Origin: Promethearchaeota archaeon | Lineage (GTDB): Archaea; Asgardarchaeota; Lokiarchaeia; Sigyniarchaeales; SOKP01 | Direction: 5' to 3' | DNA: 64,000 bases | NCBI GenBank assembly: GCA_019057865.1 | Contig: JAHLWP010000005.1 | Location: forward strand, 32,001-96,000 | Part shown: positions 1 through 9,791 of the stretch, piece by piece | Layout of the letters: each line of letters starts with the position of its first letter | How positions within the stretch are numbered: the first letter of the stretch is position 1 | Position numbers and translations under genes: made by a program | The notes under the pieces: generated by a model | The model's input: only the letters and a program-made list of their open reading frames with translations | Told to the model about the DNA's origin: nothing | Database searches by the model: none

Positions 1-1059
1 TTCAAATTTAACTGTATAATTAGATGAAAACCTAGAAAACTCAGGAAAAATATTCCATTCATTATTAGAATCTGAAATTATTACAGAACCTTCTGAAAGA
101 AAGGTGTTTCTTAAATTAATGCTATATTTAACGTTAAAACCTAAATCAGACATTAAATTATTTGTAATTGGAATAGATATTACATCAGTATTCAGAGAAA
201 AGTTCATATTTAAATTTAGATTTCCAGTTCCATAACTACTACCATTTATAATTGGGAAATAATTTTTATCTATTTCAGCAGACATATTAATCTCTTCTGG
301 AAAAACTTCTTTTGTAATTTTTTGATCTAATTTGTATAGAAACGTTTCTCCAGTTATACCATTTACCCAATCTATATCATATCCCCATGAAAATAAATTT
401 GGATTATTTGGATTAATATCATTGATTTCCCAATAATATTTTGCCCCATCAGAAGGACCCATTTCTAAACCATTCACAATTAAATAATAATATCCTTTAG
501 TGATATGTATAGAAGAAGGAAAACTTTGGGAATACCATTTTGTTTCACTTGACATATTTAATACAACTGATCCATAAACTGTTTCATTTGGTTTATTTGT
601 TGGATTATCATAGCCATTTATTTGAACTTTTATAGTAGTTGTTGTAGCTGGGTTAGATTCATACCCATAAATTTGCACTCCAAAAACATCAGTAGGCTCT
701 GTAATATTAATTTGGATTGCATATGCTTTATCCCATTTATCTAATTCTCTCGAATGACCAACTCCAATGCTTTCAATTTCTCGTATCTCACGTTTAAATT
801 CAATATTCGTAAAATTTAACTCAATATTAGTAAGATCCCACTTAGATGAATTTAATGGAATCTCAATTGAACTAACATTGTTAATGTTATCTCTAATATT
901 CGCGTATTCAGTCATTTCAAAATTAAGATTAATTGGCGGAGATTCGCCATTAATTTGAGCGTTGGAAAAAGTTATGAGATTATTTAAAAAAAATAGAAAT
1001 GATAATAAAACTAATATGATTACAACAACGTTTTTTGATTTTGATATAGCTTTTTCCAT
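1..1059 (-). CDS. Large secreted/cell-surface protein, N-terminal part (runs off the left edge)
   Basis: Hand translation from ATG at 1059: MEKAISKSKNVVVIILVLLSFLFFLNNLITFSNAQINGESPPINLNFEMTEY. Basic N-terminus plus hydrophobic signal/anchor, then beta-rich sequence with several N-x-S/T sequons. The frame appears open to position 1, which explains its absence from the ORF track. Confidence 0.75.
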   Translation of the reverse strand, partial: MEKAISKSKNVVVIILVLLSFLFFLNNLITFSNAQINGESPPINLNFEMTEYANIRDNINNVSSIEIPLNSSKWDLTNIELNFTNIEFKREIREIESIGVGHSRELDKWDKAYAIQINITEPTDVFGVQIYGYESNPATTTTIKVQINGYDNPTNKPNETVYGSVVLNMSSETKWYSQSFPSSIHITKGYYYLIVNGLEMGPSDGAKYYWEINDINPNNPNLFSWGYDIDWVNGITGETFLYKLDQKITKEVFPEEINMSAEIDKNYFPIINGSSYGTGNLNLNMNFSLNTDVISIPITNNLMSDLGFNVKYSINLRNTFLSEGSVIISDSNNEWNIFPEFSRFSSNYTVKFE

Positions 1060-1436
1060 AAAATTGATCAATAAATATATTTTATTATGAAAAATCCTTG
1101 GTTAAGTCTTAATACAGAAACCCTTCATATAAAAAAATCCGTAATAATTTATAAATTTATGTAAGATTTATTGACTTTTTTCATATGACTTATTAGAAAT
1201 TCAACTTTTGAGGAAGAGAGATAATTTTCTTAGAGTTCTTTACTGTACTGTAATTTAACGCTAGGATAAGAATGAAAATCTTAGGTAATAAAGATTCTAA
1301 GGAAATTGAATTCAATAAAATGAATAAATATTAACAATTTTGAATTAATTTTTAAAGGATCTGCTATTTTAAATGATTTAACAAATACACTTTATAATTT
1401 CTAGATATTTAGAAATTCCACACGAATTAAAGTGAT

Positions 1437-1820
1437 ATGGATATGATAAACACTATATTATTAATAATTGGAGCTGTTTTTGTGTTATTGTGGGGAATAA
1501 GTCATTTATTTCCAACTAAATCAGTTGTAAAAGATTTTGGTGATATCTCTCAAGACAATAAATATATAATTACAATGGAATGGATTATTGAAGGTTTTAC
1601 GCTTATCTTTATTGGATTACTAGTATTATTGGTTACTCTATTGGGAGGACCTGAAGAAGCAGTCTCAAAATTAGTATATTGGATTTGTTCTGTAATGTTA
1701 TTTGGTTTAGCAATTCTTTCTTTGTTTACTGGTGCGAAAGTAGCTTTTATTGTTTTTAAACTCTGTCCAGTCATTTTTACAATATCCGGGATTTTAATAT
1801 TAGCAGGAAGTCTTTTATAG
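1437..1820 (+). CDS. Small integral membrane protein (about 4 TM), unknown function
   Basis: Four hydrophobic segments; GTGAT RBS-like motif upstream. Confidence 0.75.
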   Translation: MDMINTILLIIGAVFVLLWGISHLFPTKSVVKDFGDISQDNKYIITMEWIIEGFTLIFIGLLVLLVTLLGGPEEAVSKLVYWICSVMLFGLAILSLFTGAKVAFIVFKLCPVIFTISGILILAGSLL

Positions 1821-1854
1821 AAAAATCTTATTTAATATTTCTCAATCTTTTTTT

Positions 1855-3378
1855 TTATGTAGCTGCTATTCTTTTGGGAACTTTAGTCTGGGCTTTTAGA
1901 TTTTCATGTAATACTTTATTTACTAGTTTGAATCTAATATCCTTATAGTTATTATCATACCATAGATTATTTAGTTCATTAGGATCATTTTTACGATCAT
2001 ATATATCCCCAAAATTACTCATTCCTTCGTAAATTGTTATTTTATAATTTTCGGTTATTAAATGTCTTAAACGTGCTTCAAGAGGTCCTATTTCTTCATC
2101 ATTTTCTATAAATATACTGTCTTTGACTTTTTCATTTGGATTTTTTAATATAGGATTTATATCAAAACCCTGCATATCTGGAGGTTGGTGTCGTTCAGGA
2201 ATGTTTAAAGTATTTAAAATTGTCTTAGGATAATCAATTGAACTTACTAATGAATCAGATACAGCTGGCTTTGTTAACCCTGGTACTTTCCATATCAATG
2301 GAAGTTGCAGTACTCCATTGAATGGGCAAGGTCCCTTAAATAATAAACCATGATCCCCCATTAAATCTCCATGATCGCTCATGAAAACAACAATTGTGTT
2401 ATCTGAGTAACCTAGTTTGTCCAGTGCGGCTAATATTTGTCCTATAGTGTAATCAACATATGAAACTGCTGCATATGTTAATGCAGTAATTTTACGAACT
2501 TCTTCCTCTGATGATTCACGTAGGAAAGCTTTTTTAAATGGGGGATTCTTCAAATGAGGTCCTAAGAACTTATGACCGTATAAATTTCTAATATCAGTAA
2601 AATTTGGAGGAAGTTTAACTTTATCAGGTTTATACATATCTCGATATTGTTGGGGGGGAAATAAGGGGTAATGTGGGTCTGGAAAGGAGCAATGTAAATA
2701 AAAGGGTTTATTTCCATAGTCTCCATTAGCATATCTTTCCAAAAATGCAATAGTTCGTTCTTTCACATATGTAGTATTGTATAATTCTTCAGGAATCTCA
2801 TCACAAAATAAACTAAATAGATTATCATAGTTTTGAACTCTCTTTTTCATTCTATTCGCTTGCTCTGGTGATTTTTCTTCTAACCACTGAAGATAATGGC
2901 CTGAACAGACCGAACCATTTCCAGAAACTACTTCCACTTCTTGATATCCATAATAAGGAAGAGGAAAATTTTCTCTAACAGGATAATTTTTATCTCTCTT
3001 AATAGCCCAATCAGTTATGCTTTCTGCTGATCTACTCTTATGACGAAATGGTCCAAGCCAATATTGATGGTGTATTTTACCAATAGCTGCTGTATACCAC
3101 CCCCTTTTATTTAATGTTTGAATAATTGTTGGAATGGTGAGTCGTAAATTTATGCCATTACTTCTAACACCATGCACATTAGGATAAACGCCTGTGGCTA
3201 ATGTAGCTCGATTAGGCATGCATATTGGGTTAGTACAGAAATGGTTTGTAAACCTTATTCCCTCATTTGCCAATCTATCAAGATTCGGTGTCTTTATAAT
3301 CAGATTTCCGGTACATCCTAAATGATCTGCTCTTTGAGCATCAGTAATTAGAAATAATACATTCAATTTTTCACTCAT
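1855..3378 (-). CDS. Cys-type sulfatase (arylsulfatase/choline-sulfatase-like)
   Basis: NVLFLITDAQRAD, CMPNRATLATG (CxPxR formylglycine motif), GKIH, DPHYP, SDHGD. Confidence 0.93.
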   Translation of the reverse strand: MSEKLNVLFLITDAQRADHLGCTGNLIIKTPNLDRLANEGIRFTNHFCTNPICMPNRATLATGVYPNVHGVRSNGINLRLTIPTIIQTLNKRGWYTAAIGKIHHQYWLGPFRHKSRSAESITDWAIKRDKNYPVRENFPLPYYGYQEVEVVSGNGSVCSGHYLQWLEEKSPEQANRMKKRVQNYDNLFSLFCDEIPEELYNTTYVKERTIAFLERYANGDYGNKPFYLHCSFPDPHYPLFPPQQYRDMYKPDKVKLPPNFTDIRNLYGHKFLGPHLKNPPFKKAFLRESSEEEVRKITALTYAAVSYVDYTIGQILAALDKLGYSDNTIVVFMSDHGDLMGDHGLLFKGPCPFNGVLQLPLIWKVPGLTKPAVSDSLVSSIDYPKTILNTLNIPERHQPPDMQGFDINPILKNPNEKVKDSIFIENDEEIGPLEARLRHLITENYKITIYEGMSNFGDIYDRKNDPNELNNLWYDNNYKDIRFKLVNKVLHENLKAQTKVPKRIAAT

Positions 3379-3414
3379 TATCTTTACTCTAATTTTTCGA
3401 AATATATAATTTTC

Positions 3415-3585
3415 TTAATTCAAAATTCTCACAAAGAGAGATAAATAAGATGTTGTTAGACCAGTAGAATGAAGTCCGCATAGATCTTCTGCTATTTGAA
3501 TAATATCGTTAGTTTTATTATCTTCAGTTAAATGGTGTTTTTGTAAAACTAATTTATAAATTTGAATTAAATCGAAAGCGTCCAT
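3415..3585 (-). pseudogene. Truncated N-terminal fragment of an HTH_42/AlkZ-YcaQ-like DNA glycosylase family gene (56 aa)
   Basis: Strong RBS (AGGTGAT, complement of 3591-3597), then MDAFDLIQIYKLVLQKHHLTEDNKTNDIIQIAEDLCGLHSTGLTTSYLSLFVRILN*. L..HHL...GLH......YLSL..R resembles the family N-terminus; the sulfatase start follows only 37 nt after the stop. Confidence 0.55.
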
Positions 3586-3635
3586 ATGATATCACCTGGT
3601 AATATTATCATTAAAAATAAAAAAATTGATGAAAA

Positions 3636-4202
3636 TTAAGATTTAATTTTTTTAAGCACAAAAGCAATATTTCTACCTAATCTCTCAAATGTTCGTATAC
3701 CCTCCTCGTCATTCAATACATCTCCCGGATCCCCCCCAACTCCAAGATTCCAATAACTCGAACCAACAACTATCATTTGCTTTATCAAGAAAAAATAGTT
3801 AATACTAGAGAATACATGAACTGCTCCTGCTCGTCTAACGGCAACCACAGCAGCACCAACTTTATGTTTTAAATGTCTTCCTGTTGCATATCCTGCTCTT
3901 TCTATTAATGCTTTTGTACTTGTAGTTAGATTTGAGAAATAAGTTGGTGATCCAATGATAATCCCATCTGCTTCAAGCATTTTTTTAATATAGTCATTCA
4001 TTTTATCTCCAGGTAAAACACATTTTTGATCATCATTATCAATACATTCTAAACAAGCTGTACATCCTTGTAACTTATCCATACCAATCCAATTATAATC
4101 ACACTCAATTCCAGCAGCTTTTAGCTCATCCATAACGATATTAAGGCAGTGATATGTATTTCCTTCTTTTCTTGGACTTCCGTTAAATAATACTACTTTC
4201 AC
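3636..4202 (-). CDS. Iron-sulfur flavoprotein / NADPH-dependent FMN reductase family
   Basis: NGSPRKEGNT, compact CTACLEC-x7-C cluster motif, GSPTYF; GTG start. Confidence 0.92.
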   Translation of the reverse strand: MKVVLFNGSPRKEGNTYHCLNIVMDELKAAGIECDYNWIGMDKLQGCTACLECIDNDDQKCVLPGDKMNDYIKKMLEADGIIIGSPTYFSNLTTSTKALIERAGYATGRHLKHKVGAAVVAVRRAGAVHVFSSINYFFLIKQMIVVGSSYWNLGVGGDPGDVLNDEEGIRTFERLGRNIAFVLKKIKS

Positions 4203-4323
4203 TTTTAGTTCCCCTAAATAATTAGCAAATTAATTTTCAATAATTATTATAATACTATTAATTTTTTTGAAAAATCAATTATCACATTCAAAAAAAGGAA
4301 AAAAAGGATTTATTTATCAAAAC

Positions 4324-5067
4324 CTACTTTTCTCTTAGAAGTAATCGTTCCATCCATTTTGGTAACATGAAACCCCCATAAAATTCGATAGAACTCGAGA
4401 TTAAGATCAATCTAGCTACAATTAGTATGATAATCGAAATACCACTTAAAATTTCTAATACAGAGCCCAAAACGAAAGAAATAAAAGCAGCAAAAAGTAA
4501 TTTTCCTTTTAATCTGATTTCGGGACTTTTAGATTTTAAAGATTGTCGAGCAAATAAGATTCCCGTTAATAAAACAATGACAACAAGGAAAAGTTGGTAA
4601 GCAGTAACGAAGAACTCATATTCAGCGTCAACAGGGCTAGTAACTTCTCCTATTTTTGTATAATCAATAAAAACTATTGAGAAAAACACTATTTCGAAAA
4701 CAATTCCAATAATTCCAAAAATTATTAAAATTGTTTTCTGATTTTTTTTATAGAGAAGGTCTGTAAAGGCAATCATCCAAATAAAAGCTGTTATTGGTAA
4801 TGGTACAACTCCTATTATGAAATAAAATGGGGGTGCTGACATATAACCATCACCACCAGTTATTAATGCGACTAAAAATGAAGAGGAACTCGCATACCAA
4901 CTGGATACAATTCCAAGCCAGACAAGACCGACGAGTAATATCGTTCTATTTTTAGATTTAGGATATTTTGAGATAATGGTTATACCAATTACTACTGATA
5001 CAATAGCAAATATTAAGCTAAAAATTCCATTTAAAAATTCGTCTGGGGTTAACGTCAAAAATATCAC
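4324..5067 (-). CDS. Multi-pass (about 7 TM) membrane protein, unknown function
   Basis: Seven hydrophobic stretches; C-terminal GFMLPKW motif. Confidence 0.8.
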   Translation of the reverse strand: MIFLTLTPDEFLNGIFSLIFAIVSVVIGITIISKYPKSKNRTILLVGLVWLGIVSSWYASSSSFLVALITGGDGYMSAPPFYFIIGVVPLPITAFIWMIAFTDLLYKKNQKTILIIFGIIGIVFEIVFFSIVFIDYTKIGEVTSPVDAEYEFFVTAYQLFLVVIVLLTGILFARQSLKSKSPEIRLKGKLLFAAFISFVLGSVLEILSGISIIILIVARLILISSSIEFYGGFMLPKWMERLLLREK

Positions 5068-5212
5068 TTTTTTTGCAATTCTGTAAAAATATAATTAATT
5101 GAATTAATATATATGATAAAATAATTAATAAGCTTATATCATATATTTAACATAAATTATTTTAGAGCTATTTTTCATATATTTTCATATAATAAAGAAT
5201 TTATTCAAATCC

Positions 5213-6460
5213 ATGAATTCTATTATGGTTAAACGTCCTGAATTACTTGCGCCAATCCAAGAATGGAGCTCATTAAAAGCAGTAGGAGGGATAGCAGATG
5301 CTATATATTTTGGAGTAAAGAAATATAGCATGCGCGCAAAGGCAAAAAACTTTAGGAGAGTAGATTTAAGAAAAATTACAGAGTTTTGTCATAACCAAAA
5401 TCCACCTATGAAAGCTTATTTAACTACAAATATTTTAATTTATGATTCCGAACTACAGGATTTGGAAAACTTGATCTTAGAAGCTAAAGAAGCAGACATT
5501 GATGCAATAATTGCTCATGATCTTGCTGTACTCAGAATTGCTAAACAATATAAGATAGATTTTCATATATCAACTCAGGCAAATGTATCTAACATTGAAG
5601 CAGCAAAATTTTATGAAGAATTGGGCGCTGAAAGAATTATTTTAGCAAGAGAACTCTCTTTAAAGCAAATAAAGCTTATAAAACATCACTTATCAAAAAC
5701 TAAGATTGAATGTTTTGTTCACGGTTCGATGTGTACTTCAATTTCAGGAAGATGTTATTTTTCTGCTACTATTTGTGATTCTGAAGAATTTTCTGCAAAT
5801 CGAGGAAATTGCGTCCAACCATGTCGAAGAGAATGGCGAGTTATTGACGATGAGAATAATGAATTCATTTACGATGGTCAAATGTTTTTAAACACAAAAG
5901 ATTTATGTATGATTGAATACATTCCTCAACTTATTGATGCGAATATTGACGCTTTTAAAATAGAAGGTAGAATGAAGGATCCACTTTATGTTAAAACAGT
6001 TACAGAATGTTATAAAGAAGCTCTTGATAGTTTTTTTAATGGAACTTATACAAAAGAAAGAATTAAAAATTGGCTTCAAAGATTATCCAAAGTGTATAAT
6101 CGGGGTTTTCATACTGGATTTTATTTTAGAAAACCTACTATTGAAGATATTCAATTAGAGCAAAGAGGTAATATCTCACCTTATAAAAAACATTATCTTG
6201 GAAAAATTTTATCTTTTGATAAGACTAGTAAAACAGCCAATGTTCTGCTTGAGAGTTTAGAAGTACCATTAAAATTAGGAAATGAAATTATAATTATTGG
6301 AAATAACACTTATTTAACTGAAACCATAAAAAAAATGATTTATAAAGGTGAGAAAATCAAGAGTATTGTAAGGAAAAGATATAGTGATCCAGTAAAAATT
6401 AACTTACGTATTGATAATTGCGAGGCAAACGATAAAATTTATATCATTTCAAAAACATAA
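5213..6460 (+). CDS. Peptidase U32 family protein (TrhP/RlhA-like Fe-S hydroxylase)
   Basis: ELLAP, ADAIYFG, HISTQ, RIILAREL, HGSMCTSISGRC, NRGNCVQPCR, FKIEGRMK. Confidence 0.93.
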   Translation: MNSIMVKRPELLAPIQEWSSLKAVGGIADAIYFGVKKYSMRAKAKNFRRVDLRKITEFCHNQNPPMKAYLTTNILIYDSELQDLENLILEAKEADIDAIIAHDLAVLRIAKQYKIDFHISTQANVSNIEAAKFYEELGAERIILARELSLKQIKLIKHHLSKTKIECFVHGSMCTSISGRCYFSATICDSEEFSANRGNCVQPCRREWRVIDDENNEFIYDGQMFLNTKDLCMIEYIPQLIDANIDAFKIEGRMKDPLYVKTVTECYKEALDSFFNGTYTKERIKNWLQRLSKVYNRGFHTGFYFRKPTIEDIQLEQRGNISPYKKHYLGKILSFDKTSKTANVLLESLEVPLKLGNEIIIIGNNTYLTETIKKMIYKGEKIKSIVRKRYSDPVKINLRIDNCEANDKIYIISKT

Positions 6461-6516
6461 TCAAATGATTTTTTCAGACTCCAATCTAATTAGAGAAAAT
6501 ATTATCAGGTATAATT

Positions 6517-7188
6517 ATGACCTTTGAGGAGAAAAGAAGAAGATTGGTTGAAAGTCTTACAAGTCGAAAAATCTTAACAGATCCAAAAGTAGTTAGGGCA
6601 ATGTTAATAGTACCTAGACACAAATTTGTACCTGAAGAAGCTGTTTCTTCTGCTTATATAGATTCTCCTCTATCAATTGGTCAAGGTCAAACAATAAGCG
6701 CACCTCATATGAACGCCATGATGTGTGAATACCTTGAACTTAAAGAGGGTGAAAAGGTTTTAGAAGTTGGAACAGGCTCGGGATATCACGCTGCTTTATG
6801 TGCAGAATTAGTTGCCCCAAAAAATTCAGAATCAAAAGGGCATGTATATACAATTGAACGCCTCAAACAATTAGCTGAAGGAGCTAAACGTAGTTTAAAA
6901 GATACAGGATATGAGAACATTGTAACTGTAATTCATGGTGATGGTACATTAGGATATCCAGAAGCTGCACCATATGATAAGATTTTAGTAACTGCTGCTT
7001 CACCTAGCAAAATTCCTCAACCGCTAAAAGAACAATTAAAAAATGGTGGAGTATTGTGCGTTCCAGCAGGTTCTAAAAATTTTGCCCAAAACTTATATAT
7101 TATTAAAAAAAGAGGAGAAAAATTCGAAACCAAACGTGTTTCTGGAGTAAGATTTGTACCTCTAATTGGAAAATATGGATTTGATTAA
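6517..7188 (+). CDS. pcm: Protein-L-isoaspartate O-methyltransferase
   Basis: VPRHKFV, QTISAPHM, VLEVGTGSGY, APYDKILVTAA, RFVPL. Confidence 0.96.
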   Translation: MTFEEKRRRLVESLTSRKILTDPKVVRAMLIVPRHKFVPEEAVSSAYIDSPLSIGQGQTISAPHMNAMMCEYLELKEGEKVLEVGTGSGYHAALCAELVAPKNSESKGHVYTIERLKQLAEGAKRSLKDTGYENIVTVIHGDGTLGYPEAAPYDKILVTAASPSKIPQPLKEQLKNGGVLCVPAGSKNFAQNLYIIKKRGEKFETKRVSGVRFVPLIGKYGFD

Positions 7189-7213
7189 ATTATAGAATAT
7201 TAAATTATAGAAT
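7184..7213 (+). repeat. Perfect 15-bp tandem duplication (ATTAAATTATAGAAT x2) across the pcm stop codon
   Basis: Copies at 7184-7198 and 7199-7213. Confidence 0.8.
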
Positions 7214-7510
7214 GAAGTAAGTTATTCTTAAAATGAGTTTATTCAGAAAAATTATTTTTTAGCTTTTTTTCCATTAATTTTTTACGAACGCTTTTTACAT
7301 ATTCGTTATTTTGTATCCTATCTTTTATAGATTTGTTATTATAGGCCCAGCCATTACGCTTTTCAAAGTTATTTCCTTTAATTGTAACTCATTCTCTTTT
7401 TTTAATGTTTCTTTACTTTTATTACTACATTAATATTTAAAAAGATAATCAAAACCGACAGAATTCCTCCTATTGCTCACAAAATTGTAAAATATAAAAA
7501 AGTATAAATT

Positions 7511-9682
7511 TTAAAAAATCTTTATTTGGAGGGTAATTTCAAAACTTTTATCTATTTTAATGAGAGGGGAAACATTTATTCCTTGATAGATCTTTTTATA
7601 TCCTTCTTCGGTATATACATATGCAATTATTGGAAATTTATTAATTTTAATTGGACCTACTTTACTCAAAATAGTAAACTCGATATTTAAATCGTAAGAA
7701 TCATCATAAGCTTTAAAATGGGATCCCTCATATTGGAAAGGCTCTAGTAGATCCTTTTCCTTATCATCCTTGAGTTCTACTTGAGCGCTCTCCCATCGGA
7801 ATTTATTTGTATCCCCATTAAAGAAAAAGGGAAGATCAATTGCTAGCTGTAGATTATCAACAATCCTCTCTAGTTCTTCTTCTTGACCAAGGATCTCCTC
7901 AAAATTAACTCTAATTATTGCTTCAATTTGGTTTTCTTCAACATAAATATCTTTTGTAATTAAACAAGGATTTCTAAAATCTGTTTCGGTATCTTTCACC
8001 GTTCCATGTTTTTCCATTTCTAAAATAGCAAGTTTTACATCTTTTTCACTACTCGTAACCTTAAAATTACCGTCAATGAAATCACCAAACTCATGATATT
8101 TATCTATATGTAATTGTTCCAGATTTTCATCTTTGTGTAAAAATCTTATCCGCAACATGCTTCGCCTAAATCTATCTACTAAAACCTCTTTATCTTTAAG
8201 TTTTTTACTTTCATGATATGCTTCTCGCCATCTTGTTAAGGTATTAAGTAAATTATAAGATTTGGGTTTATAGTCTAATTCAAATATCGTCCCACCGTTA
8301 GAGGGATTAATATAAAGATTGAGTATATTTGATTCAATCAAATAATCTGTTTTACTATCTTTATTGAAATCTAAAGGAGTTATATAAATGTATGATTCTA
8401 AAGCTGGAGTTATCAGAGTGTTTATCTCATCAATCAATTTCTCAGCATTAATTAAGTGAGTATATACCGAAAACCTTAAAAATTGTAAATAAACTCCTCC
8501 AAAAACTCCATGCCAATAGCAGTCATTACATTGGGATCTGTATATTTCATCCCACGCTTCATTTATTTTATCTAGAATTTTTGGAATTAAGACCTCATCA
8601 TCAACTCCTATTAGTCGTTCTTCTGCCTTAATAAGTTTTCCTCTTACATAAAGCATTTTTTTGTGCATAATATTAGATTCAGGATATTTTACAAGAAAAT
8701 ATCGCCAAAATCCACCACGGAGAAATTGATATGTCTCTTTCTTTTCTTCATCATCTTTTAGCGATTTTCTTATTCGCTTGAAATTTTTACGAATTTCAGT
8801 AGGTAGAACCCATTCCTCCATCTTATCATAACTTGCTGTTGGAAGATAGACCAAACTTTTTGCCGGAAACTGGTCCATATATTCAGAAAGAGTTATAGAT
8901 TTAATCCATGTATTATTTCTAATTTGTTCGAAAAATGCTGGAATAAACGGCTTGCTCTCATCTCCTTCATCATGACCAAGAACATAACAAATTTCATGTG
9001 TAGTTCCCCAAACACCCATTTTTTCAGCGTCAGATATGAATAAAACACATCTATCACCTTCAATGTCTGCTGCTTTTCGTAAATAATCAATCGACATATA
9101 TGTAGGTTTCCATGGTGTTAAATATCTCAATTTTTCGTTAATTGGGAATATTCGTAATGTTTTTCCTTCATCTTCAGTTATGTATGAATAAAATGTGTCT
9201 TGCTCAGTAATTCCTGTAGAGCGGAAATGATTATCGTCAACCATAACATATTTTAACCCTGCATCACTTAAGAATGAAGGGTAATCTGGCTCCCACACTC
9301 TTTCAGATAACCACGCACCTTTTACTTCAAGGTTAAATTCATTATTTATTAGATTGGTTAATTTTTTAATTTGTGCGATTTTATCTCGATAGGGGATGAT
9401 CGCAAAAATAGGTTCGTAGTAACCACCTCCAATTATCTCTATTTGTCCTCTTTTTGCCATGATTTTAAGTTTGTCTATTGTATCGGGTTTATTTTCAATA
9501 AGCCATTCAAGTATATTTCCAGAAAAATGTAAAGTAAATTTAATTTCTGGAAATAGATATAAATTTTCTACTAAAGGTTCATAAGATTTCTTATATACAT
9601 CCTCATAAATGAAATCTAGTTGATCAACAGGTTGATGAAAGTGAAAAACAATCGGAAGACAAATGGTTTTCTCTTTGGCCAT
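7511..9682 (-). CDS. GH57 alpha-amylase / 4-alpha-glucanotransferase
   Basis: HFHQP, GGGYYEPI, WLSERVWEP (nucleophile Glu), DAEKMG (acid/base Asp), QCNDCYWHGVFGG; C-terminal beta domain. Confidence 0.93.
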   Translation of the reverse strand: MAKEKTICLPIVFHFHQPVDQLDFIYEDVYKKSYEPLVENLYLFPEIKFTLHFSGNILEWLIENKPDTIDKLKIMAKRGQIEIIGGGYYEPIFAIIPYRDKIAQIKKLTNLINNEFNLEVKGAWLSERVWEPDYPSFLSDAGLKYVMVDDNHFRSTGITEQDTFYSYITEDEGKTLRIFPINEKLRYLTPWKPTYMSIDYLRKAADIEGDRCVLFISDAEKMGVWGTTHEICYVLGHDEGDESKPFIPAFFEQIRNNTWIKSITLSEYMDQFPAKSLVYLPTASYDKMEEWVLPTEIRKNFKRIRKSLKDDEEKKETYQFLRGGFWRYFLVKYPESNIMHKKMLYVRGKLIKAEERLIGVDDEVLIPKILDKINEAWDEIYRSQCNDCYWHGVFGGVYLQFLRFSVYTHLINAEKLIDEINTLITPALESYIYITPLDFNKDSKTDYLIESNILNLYINPSNGGTIFELDYKPKSYNLLNTLTRWREAYHESKKLKDKEVLVDRFRRSMLRIRFLHKDENLEQLHIDKYHEFGDFIDGNFKVTSSEKDVKLAILEMEKHGTVKDTETDFRNPCLITKDIYVEENQIEAIIRVNFEEILGQEEELERIVDNLQLAIDLPFFFNGDTNKFRWESAQVELKDDKEKDLLEPFQYEGSHFKAYDDSYDLNIEFTILSKVGPIKINKFPIIAYVYTEEGYKKIYQGINVSPLIKIDKSFEITLQIKIF

Positions 9683-9791
9683 TTTTCATAAAACTCCTAA
9701 ATTCTTTAAGATATTAAGAAATTGGACAATTATTTACAAGATACATCAAACGTTATGATAGTATATCTTTAAAATTTAGAATTAATAAGGT

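Noticed and set aside
4324-5067. 7-TM protein as a rhodopsin or GPCR
   Set aside because: No retinal-binding Lys motif in the last helix and no GPCR signatures are visible.
7255-7395. Short Lys-rich - strand reading frame between pcm and the GH57 gene
   Set aside because: The nearby ATG is in a frame that stops after four codons; no credible start or homology.
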